From an uncultured Candidatus Actinomarina sp. (GTDB lineage: Bacteria > Actinomycetota > Acidimicrobiia > Actinomarinales > Actinomarinaceae): a stretch of DNA of 64,000 bases. The notes under the pieces were generated by a model, which was not told the DNA's origin, ran no database searches, and saw nothing but the letters and a program-made list of their open reading frames with translations. Position 1 is the first letter of the stretch. Every line of letters starts with the position of its first letter. The stretch spans positions 91,881-155,880 of the forward strand of contig CACJUH010000002.1 of the NCBI GenBank assembly GCA_902596545.1, read 5' to 3'. Positions 1 through 10,165 of the stretch are shown here, piece by piece. The position numbers were made by a program, and so were the translations under genes.

Positions 1-386
1 GTACACCATTAATAAGAAAACAAAATACTAAAAAATCATTTTCTGCCTTTAACCTTTATAAGTTAATGAATAAATATAAATTAGTTGGTAATGAAAAGTT
101 GGATCAGATGAAAAATAAATATGGTTCTGAAGATTATAAAAATGCAAAAAAGCATTTAAAAGATACACTAGTAATGGCAGTCAATGATGACTTGAAAGGC
201 ATTCTTCCATATATAGACACTAAAGTCGAACTTGTGTGGGGAGAAGAAGACTTAGAAGTACCCCTTCAAGTAGGTTTGGACTCAAATGATATAATTCCTA
301 ATTCTGAATTAACGATAATCCCTGGTGGTGGCCACAATGTATTAATGAGTAGCTCAGAGATTATAATTGAAGTAATTAAAAAATGA
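1..386 (+). CDS. alpha/beta hydrolase, 5'-truncated by the window edge
   Basis: Frame is open from position 3 to the stop at 386. C-terminal LVWGEED..VP and GGGH motifs fit the acid/His of an alpha/beta hydrolase. Overlaps murF. Confidence 0.7.
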   Translation, partial: TPLIRKQNTKKSFSAFNLYKLMNKYKLVGNEKLDQMKNKYGSEDYKNAKKHLKDTLVMAVNDDLKGILPYIDTKVELVWGEEDLEVPLQVGLDSNDIIPNSELTIIPGGGHNVLMSSSEIIIEVIKK

Positions 387-1906
387 ATATTCTTTATACA
401 ACTGTTTTAATTTTACTCACATTAAGTTCATGCGTAAATTCTTTAAGATGGGGTAGGATTGCTCAGAGAGAACATTATATCCCTGGGTATGTAACAAAGT
501 TTTACTTTAGATGGGTTAGATTAGTACCTTTTAACAATCTTTATTATTTGTCTTGCATCATATTAGCTTTTTTAAGCCTCTGGACTCCATACACCGCAAT
601 TGGCCTAGCCATAATAAATCTTTTCCTACCAAGGGGCCTATTATTTAAAGACAGATCTTCAAAGGTTGAATTTACTGAAAGATTAAAACGTTTAAATATT
701 ATTTACTATATTTTAATTATTTCCATATCAGTCATATCAATAAACTCAGGATTTGGTTATTTTCTTGCACTTATTGCAAATGTTTTCTCACATTATGTAT
801 TTGATCAAGCTCTTAGAATCACAAAAGGTTATGAAAAAAATAAATCTCAAATTTATGTTGATGAAGCAGAAAAGAAGCTATCAACATTCAACGGCCCAAT
901 AATTGCAATTACTGGTTCATATTCTAAGACAACGACTAAAAATACTATTTCTCAAGTAATCTCAACCAAAAGCAATGTGTTTGCTACACCAGAAAGTTTT
1001 AATAATCGACTTGGAATATCTAAATCAATTAATGAAGATTTAAATTCTTCACATGAAATTGCTGTCTTTGAAATGGGAACTTATGGATTTGGGGAAATAC
1101 GTGAAATGTGTGCATGGGTTAAGCCTCATATTTCAGTTATAACTGGTATAGCACCTGTTCACTTAGAAAGAATGAAATCACTAGAAAATATTCTTGATGC
1201 AAAATCAGAGATTGTTGATCTTACAGGTACAGTCATAATTAACGGAGATGATGAGTTGCTACTTAATCAAGCTAGATTATGGACTGCACAAAAAATGGTG
1301 ATCGATTGTTCAGTAACATCAAAAAATGCTGCTGTCTTTGTTGATTATGAAAATTCACTACATTCAATTTACATATCAGGTAAATTCATAACCTCTGTAA
1401 AAGGTTCTAAAATATTACAACTCTCTATTGCATTGACGGTTGGTGTATTAATAGCTTTAGAGATGGACATAATAGAATATTTTCAAAAGATTGAAAATTT
1501 AGAGAAAACCTCTCATCGTCAGAATGTATTAAAAGGCAACATGGGCCAAACTATTATTGATAATTCTTTTAATTCAAACCCAATTTCAAATCTAACAAGT
1601 TTAGAACTATTGCATTCATATGAAACTAATGGTAAAAAATATTTAATTACCCCAGGAATGGTAGAACTAGGTTCCGAACAGTTTTCATATAATTATGAGT
1701 TTGCTTTTAATGCAAGTGAGATTATAGACGAAGCTCTTGTAGTAGGATTTACAAACAAAACATCACTTACACTGGCTTTTGAAGATAACAATGTTCCAGT
1801 TAAATTTTTTAAAAATAGAGATTTAGCTGTTTCTTATCTAAACTCTGTGGTGAAAGATAATGATGTTGTATTATTTGAAAATGATTTACCTGACCATCAC
1901 CCTTAA
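383..1906 (+). CDS. murF: Mur ligase (MurF-like UDP-MurNAc-tripeptide--D-Ala-D-Ala ligase) with N-terminal transmembrane region
   Basis: AITGSYSKTTTK P-loop, SFNN, FEMG, HLE and IIDNSFNSNP motifs; hydrophobic N-terminal ~140 aa; next to ddl. Confidence 0.8.
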   Translation: MNILYTTVLILLTLSSCVNSLRWGRIAQREHYIPGYVTKFYFRWVRLVPFNNLYYLSCIILAFLSLWTPYTAIGLAIINLFLPRGLLFKDRSSKVEFTERLKRLNIIYYILIISISVISINSGFGYFLALIANVFSHYVFDQALRITKGYEKNKSQIYVDEAEKKLSTFNGPIIAITGSYSKTTTKNTISQVISTKSNVFATPESFNNRLGISKSINEDLNSSHEIAVFEMGTYGFGEIREMCAWVKPHISVITGIAPVHLERMKSLENILDAKSEIVDLTGTVIINGDDELLLNQARLWTAQKMVIDCSVTSKNAAVFVDYENSLHSIYISGKFITSVKGSKILQLSIALTVGVLIALEMDIIEYFQKIENLEKTSHRQNVLKGNMGQTIIDNSFNSNPISNLTSLELLHSYETNGKKYLITPGMVELGSEQFSYNYEFAFNASEIIDEALVVGFTNKTSLTLAFEDNNVPVKFFKNRDLAVSYLNSVVKDNDVVLFENDLPDHHP

Positions 1907-1909
1907 ATT

Positions 1910-2992
1910 ATGAGTAACAAATTAGCAGTCATTTATGGAGGTCCATCTCCAGAACACGACATTTCAATATTGACTGGCTTACAAGCTGCAAAAATATTGT
2001 CTTCAAAATATGAAGTTTTGAACATCTATTGGTCTCGTGACAACAGATGGTTTTTAGTTGATAATGATCTTGAATCTAAGGATTTCATTGAAAATAAAAA
2101 TATTTTTAAGAAAGAGATAACAATTAAGTACGATTCAAATCCTGGTTTTTACATTAAAAAGAAAAAAATAGAAATAGATTTAATCGTAAATTCATGTCAT
2201 GGTGGTCCAGGTGAAGACGGAACATTACAGAGTTTATTAGCTTTATTAGGGTTAGATTTTACTGGTCCTTCATTGACCACATCTCAATTATGTATGGATA
2301 AGTATGCTTTTTTTGCCTTAATGAATAGTAATAACATACCAGTTCTGGAAAAACATTTAGTATCAGAAAAAGTTCTTCCAAAATTTGAGGGACCATATAT
2401 TCTAAAACCTAGATTTGGAGGATCTTCAATTGGTGTAGAAGTTGTAGACGATTATAAAACCGCAATAACCATTTCTTCAAATTCAGATTTGTATAACCAA
2501 GGTGCAACCATTGAAAAGTATCTTGAAAAATCCTCGGATTTGTTGGTTGCTGTAAGATCGTTTCCTCAAATTGATTATTCAGATATTGAAAAGCCAATTA
2601 GATCAAACAATTTTGAATTGTTTTCATACACTGACAAATATCTTGAAAATGGTGGATTAGAAGGTTCAAAAAGAGAACTGCCAGCAAATATATCGAAAGA
2701 AATTAAAGATGAAATTAATCGAATTTTAGATTTATTTATGTCAATTATTGATATTAGGGGAATAGCAAGGGTAGATTTTCTATTGAAAGATCAAGAATTA
2801 TATATAAATGAAGTTAATACAATACCCGGTAGCCATGCACTTTACTTATGGGAGTCAAAAGGGTTTAGTAAATTTGAGTTAATGAATGATATGATTTCTG
2901 AAGCCAGAAATTCTTTGTCATCTTGGTCCACAGAAGGATCTGATGGGACTGCATTGAAATCAGCAAAAGATATTAAAAGTAAGTTAGGTTAA
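1910..2992 (+). CDS. ddl: D-alanine--D-alanine ligase
   Basis: YGGPSPEHDIS, HGGPGEDG, KPRFGGSSIG, RVDF and NEVNTIPG ATP-grasp motifs. Confidence 0.9.
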   Translation: MSNKLAVIYGGPSPEHDISILTGLQAAKILSSKYEVLNIYWSRDNRWFLVDNDLESKDFIENKNIFKKEITIKYDSNPGFYIKKKKIEIDLIVNSCHGGPGEDGTLQSLLALLGLDFTGPSLTTSQLCMDKYAFFALMNSNNIPVLEKHLVSEKVLPKFEGPYILKPRFGGSSIGVEVVDDYKTAITISSNSDLYNQGATIEKYLEKSSDLLVAVRSFPQIDYSDIEKPIRSNNFELFSYTDKYLENGGLEGSKRELPANISKEIKDEINRILDLFMSIIDIRGIARVDFLLKDQELYINEVNTIPGSHALYLWESKGFSKFELMNDMISEARNSLSSWSTEGSDGTALKSAKDIKSKLG

Positions 2993-3627
2993 TGCTCGGT
3001 ATACATTGGGACTGTGATGGAACAATCATGGATACTGAGCGACTCTATGCCTATGCATGGCAGACACATTTAAAAGCATTTGGATTAAGTATCCCTGAAG
3101 ATGAAATAAAACAATTCATTGGAGTTGACGACAGGATAGTGCATTCGTTTTATTCGGATCAGGTAAATCTAGAAAATTTCGATCAAACGATGTCAAAGCT
3201 AGGTTCAATAATTGAAAACTCTCTAGATGAAAGAATAATATTTCAAGATTCAAAACAACTCCTTTATCAATTATCGCAACTAGAGCATAAACAGGCCTGT
3301 GTATCTGCAAGTCCATATGAGTTATTAAGTAAAAAACTTCAAAAGTTCAAGGTTGATTCTTATTTTGATTTTGTTATTGGAGGAGATCAGGTTAGTAGAA
3401 ACAAACCATATCCAGACATTTACAATAAGGCGATAGAACAATTGGGAACTTCTAATAATTTAGTTATCGAAGATAGTCCGACTGGCATTTCATCTGGTAA
3501 AGCTTCAGGCTCTTATGTTTTAGCTATAGACAGAGGTATGTTTTCTAAAGAACAACTGAGTGAAGCAGATCAAATAGTTGAAATGTTAGATATAGAAATA
3601 ATAAATCAGATTTTAAAAAGTCTATAA
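2992..3627 (+). CDS. HAD-superfamily phosphatase (beta-PGM/CbbY-like)
   Basis: DCDGT motif I, KPYPD, IEDSPTG. Confidence 0.85.
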   Translation: MLGIHWDCDGTIMDTERLYAYAWQTHLKAFGLSIPEDEIKQFIGVDDRIVHSFYSDQVNLENFDQTMSKLGSIIENSLDERIIFQDSKQLLYQLSQLEHKQACVSASPYELLSKKLQKFKVDSYFDFVIGGDQVSRNKPYPDIYNKAIEQLGTSNNLVIEDSPTGISSGKASGSYVLAIDRGMFSKEQLSEADQIVEMLDIEIINQILKSL

Positions 3628-3680
3628 ACAGGGGATATTTTTAAAATAAATTACAAAACTTTCTTAGGCGCATAATGTGA

Positions 3681-4103
3681 CTAAGAAATATTTAGTATTA
3701 ATACAGGAATTTTTCTTTCCGTTCTTCTTTGATAAGCAGAGTAGCCACCGTTATTCATATAATCCATTTTGTTCCACCACTCATTTTTTTCATCTTCAAA
3801 TATTTCTCTAGATACTGCTTTAAATTTTTCTCTTCCAATTTGGACTTCACACTCAGGATATTTTTTTAAATTGTGATACCAGCCTGGATTAGTATCACTT
3901 CCACCTTTTGAGGCTACAATGCAAATTTCATTATCCTCTTTAAGAAAAACTAAAACATTTTTTCTTTCCAGATTTGTTTTTGCCCCAGTTGTATGAAGTA
4001 TTAAACAAGGACGGTTATTTAAAAATTTACCGATTCTTCCGTTTGAGTAAATATAAATATAGTTATGAAAGAAAAGAAATAAAAATAATAAATATCTTTT
4101 CAT
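3681..4103 (-). CDS. deazaflavin (F420)-dependent nitroreductase family protein (Ddn-like)
   Basis: LHTTGAKT, VASKGG..NPGWYHNL, YQRRTERKIPV. Start placed at the ATG overlapping the upstream stop. Confidence 0.85.
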   Translation of the reverse strand: MKRYLLFLFLFFHNYIYIYSNGRIGKFLNNRPCLILHTTGAKTNLERKNVLVFLKEDNEICIVASKGGSDTNPGWYHNLKKYPECEVQIGREKFKAVSREIFEDEKNEWWNKMDYMNNGGYSAYQRRTERKIPVLILNIS

Positions 4104-5299
4104 ATATTCAATTCTATTCTTTTTTTCCAAGAACTATAACTCGATGGATAAAAATTAATAGGCTTTACTAATCTAACAGATGGGAATTCGGAAGTTGGAA
4201 TATTTACTCGAGTTATTTTTTTGTATTTTGGGACTGCCGCAAATGTGCATGCAAAATTTTTATTTTTAAGATATTCAATTGGATTATCTAAGTACACTTG
4301 AGTACTTCTCTTATTAGATAATTCTCTTAGACAATCCAATAAAAATATAATTCTTTTAGTTGAAAGTTGTAAATAATTTAATAAAGGCTTGTCAAAAATA
4401 AAAACAGCTGGAAGATTTGAATGATAATTCAATGCTGGATCATTGTCTCCTAGTGACTCAGCAGTCATCCAAACAAATTCAGGTTTTGAATCAATATTAT
4501 TTTTTATACTTTCAGGTCCAAAATTAGTTTCAAGATTCAAATCAACATCTATTGTTTTTTTAGTTATGTTGATTTCTTCAGGCCAATTTTGTATAGGACA
4601 ATTGTATTTGACCTCACAGTTGTCACAAAAACTTTTCGCTCTTTTGTCTACTTGGAATTTTGAAAAACCATACACTTTTCCAGTTTGAGAGCCCATAACC
4701 CAATGCCAACCTAATCTATTTGCAAATCTTGATCCATCAACTAGATGTTTAAACATGTAATCTTCATAATTTCTCCAGTTATCTCCAGTTCGCAATGAAA
4801 AATGGGATGCAAACCACATTCTTGTTTGATTAACCATGTATCCAGTACTTTCAAGCTCTGTTTTAATTGAATTAATACAATTCATGTTTTGATAGTTTTT
4901 TTCAATATTTTTATTTGATTTGATTGCATAATTTAAATAATCATTTGAATTTTTACCTACAATTGCGTATAAATGCCTCGAAAACTCTTGCCATAACAGC
5001 TCATCTCTGAATTTTGTTTTATCTTGGTATTCAAATTTTTCTACAAAATTCCATACTTCGGGTAACGAAATTAAACCATGTCGTATATAAGCAGATAAAT
5101 AAGACGAACCTCTTTTTTCAATTGGAAATACATTATTTCTTGTTTTTGCATAATTTTTAATATCTAGTGTGTTTAAAGCATTATCTGCATTGGATTGACC
5201 CCCTTTTATTGAAGGTTCTATGTACTTATCGCAGCATAAATCATTAAAATATTTGTTAATTATTTCTTCGTTGGATAAGTCTAAATTAATTAAGGACAT
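4100..5299 (-). CDS. DNA photolyase/cryptochrome family protein with inverted domain order
   Basis: FAD-domain motifs (SYLSAYIRHG, ELLWQEF, GYMVNQTRMWFAS, LVDG..ANRLGWHW) come first. Antenna-like motifs (VWMT..LGDNDPAL, PAVFIFD, RIIFLLDCL) come last. Confidence 0.8.
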   Translation of the reverse strand: MSLINLDLSNEEIINKYFNDLCCDKYIEPSIKGGQSNADNALNTLDIKNYAKTRNNVFPIEKRGSSYLSAYIRHGLISLPEVWNFVEKFEYQDKTKFRDELLWQEFSRHLYAIVGKNSNDYLNYAIKSNKNIEKNYQNMNCINSIKTELESTGYMVNQTRMWFASHFSLRTGDNWRNYEDYMFKHLVDGSRFANRLGWHWVMGSQTGKVYGFSKFQVDKRAKSFCDNCEVKYNCPIQNWPEEINITKKTIDVDLNLETNFGPESIKNNIDSKPEFVWMTAESLGDNDPALNYHSNLPAVFIFDKPLLNYLQLSTKRIIFLLDCLRELSNKRSTQVYLDNPIEYLKNKNFACTFAAVPKYKKITRVNIPTSEFPSVRLVKPINFYPSSYSSWKKRIELNI

Positions 5300-5307
5300 T
5301 AAGTTGT

Positions 5308-5523
5308 TTAGTACTTATCTTGTCCAATTCGGATATTTTTGACAACATTTACGTCATCTTGTGCTTCAATTTCGAAATTTATTCTCTGGCCCTGTCTTAA
5401 TGTTCTAAAAATAGATCCTTTAAGTGAACCTGGAATAATAAAAACTTCTGATTTGTCGGTATCTAATAAAATAATCCCGTTTCCGGTATTTGGGTCATAC
5501 GATTTAACAACACCTTGTGCCAT
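5308..5523 (-). CDS. cold-shock domain protein
   Basis: QGVVKSYD..GNG and LRQGQRINFEI OB-fold pattern; 71 aa. Confidence 0.75.
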   Translation of the reverse strand: MAQGVVKSYDPNTGNGIILLDTDKSEVFIIPGSLKGSIFRTLRQGQRINFEIEAQDDVNVVKNIRIGQDKY

Positions 5524-5759
5524 TAAACTTTTTCGCCTCTTTGTCTAATTTCCTTAACAACTGACTCTATTCCACGCTTATCAATAATTTTGTTTCCTCT
5601 TGTACTAACTTTAAGTTTTACCCATCTATTTTCGCTAGCAAGCCAATATTTTTTTGTTTGAATATTTGGTTTAAACCATCGAGGATTTCGTTTATGAGAA
5701 AAGGTAACGTTCTTCCCAGAGCGTGGTTCTCTTCCTGTAACTTGACATCTATTTGCCAT
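5523..5759 (-). CDS. rpmB: 50S ribosomal protein L28
   Basis: RCQVTG..SH..R.FKPNIQ..LKVSTRG; ATG at 5759 is preceded by GGAGG. Confidence 0.95.
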   Translation of the reverse strand: MANRCQVTGREPRSGKNVTFSHKRNPRWFKPNIQTKKYWLASENRWVKLKVSTRGNKIIDKRGIESVVKEIRQRGEKV

Positions 5760-5843
5760 AATATTTCCTCCAAAATACAATTCTAACTATAACTAATTTA
5801 TTAATTTGTAGGTACTTTCATTTTAAAACTTTTTAGGTAATGT

Positions 5844-7970
5844 TTGATTGTGGTTGAAAGAAGCTTTAAATATTTAGATGAAATAGAACTTAGTTTTGTT
5901 AGGGGAATAGGCGAAAAAAAGTTTGCAAGTTTAAAAAAAAGTAAATTAAAAACTGTTGCTGATTTAATTCGCTATTTTCCAAGAACACATATTGATAGAT
6001 CTAAGGTTAAGTTAATATCTGAAATCGATAAAAATGATGAAAATAATGAAGTAACTATCTTTGGAACTATTGATAAAGTATCCGTTTTTACTACTAAGAC
6101 AAGATTAAGAATTGCAACACTTAGTATTTCTGATGAATCAGGAAGTTTAAAAGCCAAATGGTTTGGTCCTCAATATATAGAGTCTAGATTTAAAGAAGGC
6201 GAAGTAGTTGCTGTATCAGGAAAGCCTGAAGTTAAAAAAACTGGAAGTGTTGATTTTAAAAATCCAGCTATTGAAAAATTTACAGATATTGAAGAATTAA
6301 ATGAGACGGGTTCTTTTATTCCTATTTACAAAAAAGTAGAAGGCATGACAAGTGCAAGCATTAGAAAAGGGTTAAAGGAAATTATCGCTATATTAGAGTC
6401 GACAAAAGATGATTTTACACCTGGATTATTTGATGTCTTACCTTCTGAAATCATAAAAGAACATTCTCTTGAAAATAGATTACAAAGTGTAAAAAAGATT
6501 CATTTTCCAAAAAACGAAGTTGATTATAAAAATGCAAGACGGAGATTAGTTTTAGATGAGTTTATTTATTTAAGGTCAATATTTGAAAATCTAAAGTCAA
6601 AATATAAGAATGAAAATAAAGGATTAGTTTACACATTTTCTAATTCAGACATAGATGAATTTATAGACCAACTCCCATTTCAGTTAACACAATCACAATT
6701 AAAAGCTGTAAACGAAATTTTAGAGGATTTTAGAAAAAATTATCCTATGAAAAGACTGCTGCAAGGCGATGTTGGTTCAGGAAAAACAGTCGTGGCTACT
6801 ATCGCATCTTATGCTGCAATTAAATCAGGCTATCAGGTTGCATTAATGGCTCCAACAGAGGTTTTAGCTGAGCAACACTTTGCCTCAATTAATCAATTTA
6901 TGAATAAAGATCAATGTGACATATACCTACTTACTTCATCAATTAAAGATAGAGAAAACATTTTAGACAACTTAAATAATGGTAAACCAGCCCTATATAT
7001 TGGTACTCACGCACTAATTCAGGAAAGTATTAAATTTTCAAATCTTGGATTTGCTATTATTGATGAACAACAGAGATTTGGTGTAGAGCAAAGAAAAAAG
7101 CTAATAAATGAAACTGGAGATATTCCTGACCAGTTAGTTATGACTGCTACACCAATTCCAAGAACTACAGCATTGTCAATTTATGGAGATTTAGAAATTT
7201 CTTCGATTAATGAATTACCACCTGGGAGAAAAGACATCACTTCACATCTAATAGAAGGATCAAAAAAAGATAACGAAACTATTTATGATATTTGTGAGTT
7301 TCATCTCCAGAAAAAATCACAAATATTTGTAGTCTGCCCATTTATTGAAGAAAGTGAATTGGTGGATATTCAAGCTGCTGAAAATGTTTTCATTGAGTAT
7401 AAAGAAAAGTTTAAAGATTACAATGTTTCGATTCTTCATGGAAAGATGTCTTTTGATGAAAAAGACCAAATAATGCAAGATATGAAGAATGGTAAAGTAG
7501 ATATCCTAGTTTCTACAGTCGTTATTGAAGTTGGAATAGATATACCGAATGCAACATTAATGATTATTGAAAGCGCTGAAAGATTTGGATTAAACCAACT
7601 ACACCAATTAAGAGGTAGGGTTGGGAGAAGTGACAAACAATCAGAATGTATTTTTCATGTTTCTAAGAAAAAAACATTAAATACAATCAGTGAAGATGGA
7701 AAGAGAAGATTAGAAGCGATTGTAAATATAAAAGATGGCTTTAAATTATCAGAAATTGATTTAGAGATTAGAGGTGAAGGTAAAGTTACTGGTACAAGCC
7801 AATCTGGGCAATCTGATTTAAAGATAGCCGATTTGAGATTCGATTATGAACTGCTTTTAGAATCAAAAAATATATTTGATAAAATTGAATCTGAAGATAT
7901 TAAAAAACTACTGTTCGAGGAAGCGCAAATTCTATTTCCAAATTATTTTAAAGCAAGTGGAACTACATGA
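5844..7970 (+). CDS. recG: ATP-dependent DNA helicase RecG
   Basis: RLLQGDVGSGKT, DEQQRFG, MTATPIPRT, QLHQLRGRVGR. Confidence 0.97.
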   Translation: MIVVERSFKYLDEIELSFVRGIGEKKFASLKKSKLKTVADLIRYFPRTHIDRSKVKLISEIDKNDENNEVTIFGTIDKVSVFTTKTRLRIATLSISDESGSLKAKWFGPQYIESRFKEGEVVAVSGKPEVKKTGSVDFKNPAIEKFTDIEELNETGSFIPIYKKVEGMTSASIRKGLKEIIAILESTKDDFTPGLFDVLPSEIIKEHSLENRLQSVKKIHFPKNEVDYKNARRRLVLDEFIYLRSIFENLKSKYKNENKGLVYTFSNSDIDEFIDQLPFQLTQSQLKAVNEILEDFRKNYPMKRLLQGDVGSGKTVVATIASYAAIKSGYQVALMAPTEVLAEQHFASINQFMNKDQCDIYLLTSSIKDRENILDNLNNGKPALYIGTHALIQESIKFSNLGFAIIDEQQRFGVEQRKKLINETGDIPDQLVMTATPIPRTTALSIYGDLEISSINELPPGRKDITSHLIEGSKKDNETIYDICEFHLQKKSQIFVVCPFIEESELVDIQAAENVFIEYKEKFKDYNVSILHGKMSFDEKDQIMQDMKNGKVDILVSTVVIEVGIDIPNATLMIIESAERFGLNQLHQLRGRVGRSDKQSECIFHVSKKKTLNTISEDGKRRLEAIVNIKDGFKLSEIDLEIRGEGKVTGTSQSGQSDLKIADLRFDYELLLESKNIFDKIESEDIKKLLFEEAQILFPNYFKASGTT

Positions 7971-8503
7971 GAGTTCTTGCTGGAAGATATAAGTCAAAAT
8001 TAATTCGAACAATTAATGATCCATTAACCAGACCTATGATGAGCAAAGTAAGGGAATCAATATTTAATTCTCTACAATTCAACATTGAAAATAAAGATAT
8101 TTTAGATCTTTATGCCGGTTCAGGAAGCTTAGGAATTGAATCTTTGAGTAGAGGTGCGAATTTTGTAACTTTTATTGAAAATTCAGATGATTGCATAACT
8201 ATTTTGAAGCAAAATTTAAAAGAATTTGAAAATAATTATAAAATCACTAAATCTAGTGTAGATAAGTTTTTAGAAACATCCTTGAGTACATACGATATTG
8301 TTTTTTATGACCCTCCTTTCAAAATAGAAACGGATGTTGTTAAAACCGAGGTCATGAAAATTTATAATATATTAAATACTGATGGATTTGTTGTAATACA
8401 CCGCCATACAGCATCAAAAGAACTTGATACTTTAAAAAATTATAAAATTCATAAAGAAAAAAACTATGGTCAAAGTAATATTCTTATATTGAGGAAATTA
8501 TGA
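7967..8503 (+). CDS. rsmD: 16S rRNA m2G966 methyltransferase
   Basis: TRPM..KVRESIFN, LDLYAGSG, DPPF; lies between recG and coaD. Confidence 0.92.
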   Translation: MRVLAGRYKSKLIRTINDPLTRPMMSKVRESIFNSLQFNIENKDILDLYAGSGSLGIESLSRGANFVTFIENSDDCITILKQNLKEFENNYKITKSSVDKFLETSLSTYDIVFYDPPFKIETDVVKTEVMKIYNILNTDGFVVIHRHTASKELDTLKNYKIHKEKNYGQSNILILRKL

Positions 8504-8964
8504 AAATTTTAATTCCAGGCTCTTTTGATCCACCAACAAATGGCCATATAGATGTAATAAAAAGATGTTCCAAAATCTTTACTGAAATCCTTGTTGGTGT
8601 TGTAGTTAATCCTTCAAAAGAATCATTATTTTCACGTGAAGAGAGATCATCAATGCTTGAGGAAATATTTAAAGACTACAAAAATATAAAAGTTATGAGT
8701 TTTGAAGGTCTTTTAGTTGACTTTGCCTCAAAAAATTCTGTAGATGCAATTGTTAAAGGATTAAGAGCAATGACAGATTTTGATTACGAGTTTCAAATGG
8801 CTCAGGCAAATTCTACACTTGCTGGATTTGAGACCATATTCATTCCTTCTTCACCAGAATTTGGTTATTTATCCAGTTCAATGGTTAAAGAAATACATTC
8901 TTTTGGTGGGGATGTTTCTTCTTTAGTTCCACCAGAGGTTTTAAAAAGGCTAAACAATGAATAA
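8500..8964 (+). CDS. coaD: phosphopantetheine adenylyltransferase
   Basis: PGSFDPPTNGH, KGLRAMTDFDYE, SSSMVKE. Confidence 0.97.
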   Translation: MKILIPGSFDPPTNGHIDVIKRCSKIFTEILVGVVVNPSKESLFSREERSSMLEEIFKDYKNIKVMSFEGLLVDFASKNSVDAIVKGLRAMTDFDYEFQMAQANSTLAGFETIFIPSSPEFGYLSSSMVKEIHSFGGDVSSLVPPEVLKRLNNE

Positions 8965-9460
8965 TTCTGAAACAAACTTTGAGGATGTTTTTAAAGGTGA
9001 AAGTAAAATCGAAATAGTAGACAAATTAGAAAATTTAAGAAATCAATTAAATTCAAATACTCTTAAGGGGAGAATTAATAAAAAAGATATATTAAAGAGT
9101 ATTGATGAAATAATTGACTCTATGCCAGTTGAGATGCGCACTGCAAGATGGATTGTTAGAGAACAAGAAAGTTTTATCAATCAAGCCAAAATTGAATCGA
9201 AAGCTCTTTTAGATGATGCCAAGGCAGAATCTGAAAAATTGATTGCAAATTCATATGTTATTCAGGAAGCTGTAATTGAAGCAAATGCAATAATAAAACA
9301 AGCTGAAGTTGAGATGCAAACATATAGAACAAATATAGAAGATACAATTGATCAGAGAATAGATGACATTCAGAATAAAATTGATCAACTTTCTAATTTT
9401 TTAGAAAATGAAAAAAATAAACTACGTGAGCCCAGAAACATAGAAAACCCAGAAAATTAA
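8957..9460 (+). CDS. coiled-coil protein (SepIVA/DivIVA-like)
   Basis: MPVEMRTARWIVREQE followed by coiled coil; occupies the conserved slot between coaD and yceD. Confidence 0.6.
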   Translation: MNNSETNFEDVFKGESKIEIVDKLENLRNQLNSNTLKGRINKKDILKSIDEIIDSMPVEMRTARWIVREQESFINQAKIESKALLDDAKAESEKLIANSYVIQEAVIEANAIIKQAEVEMQTYRTNIEDTIDQRIDDIQNKIDQLSNFLENEKNKLREPRNIENPEN

Positions 9461-9957
9461 TGAAGCTCAATTCAAAGATAAAAACCATTGATATAGTTAA
9501 TTCTCCTGTTCCTTTAGTTGTTAATCTTTCAGGGAAATTTGAAATTTCTTATGCAAATCATTTCACAGAAGATCAAGATTTAGTGAATTTAATTTCGGAA
9601 CTTTATATTGATGATTCAATATTAAATATTGATATCAATTTAGAACTTTCTTATAAATCAGAATGCGCAAGATGTCTCTCTAAAAAGGCAAATAAGATGA
9701 AAAATTCAAGATTATTTAAGCTAAATATCGATGTAGAAAATGATTATGAAATTAATTTTGATAGAGAATATGTAGATATAGAGCCATTTATTTCAGAAAT
9801 AATAATCGATAATTTAGATAGACTTTATATATGCAGTAATAAATGTAAAGGTTTATGCGGTATTTGCGGTAACAATATGAATAAAATTAAGTGTAATTGT
9901 GAAGAAAAAAACTTAAAAGAAAGTCCATTTTCTTCCCTAAGTCAGCTAGATTTGTAG
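9460..9957 (+). CDS. yceD: DUF177/YceD family protein
   Basis: CARCL and C..CKGLC..CG..CNC motifs; upstream of rpmF. Confidence 0.85.
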   Translation: MKLNSKIKTIDIVNSPVPLVVNLSGKFEISYANHFTEDQDLVNLISELYIDDSILNIDINLELSYKSECARCLSKKANKMKNSRLFKLNIDVENDYEINFDREYVDIEPFISEIIIDNLDRLYICSNKCKGLCGICGNNMNKIKCNCEEKNLKESPFSSLSQLDL

Positions 9958-9975
9958 TTTGAAAGGAATATAGCA

Positions 9976-10158
9976 ATGGCAGTACCAAAGAAGAAGATGT
10001 CTAAATCAAGAACTAGACGCAGAAAAGCTACGCATAAAATATCTAAACCTCATTTTGTAGTAGATCCTGAAACAGGTGTAGCAAAACAATCTCATAGAGT
10101 AAATCCTGCTGATGGTACTTATAACGGTCGTCAAGTAAAAGAACCTGAAGTAAGTTAA
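9976..10158 (+). CDS. rpmF: 50S ribosomal protein L32 (Cys-free form)
   Basis: MAVPKKKMSKSRTRRR, SHRV, GTYNGRQV. Confidence 0.96.
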   Translation: MAVPKKKMSKSRTRRRKATHKISKPHFVVDPETGVAKQSHRVNPADGTYNGRQVKEPEVS

Positions 10159-10165
10159 GTTTGCT

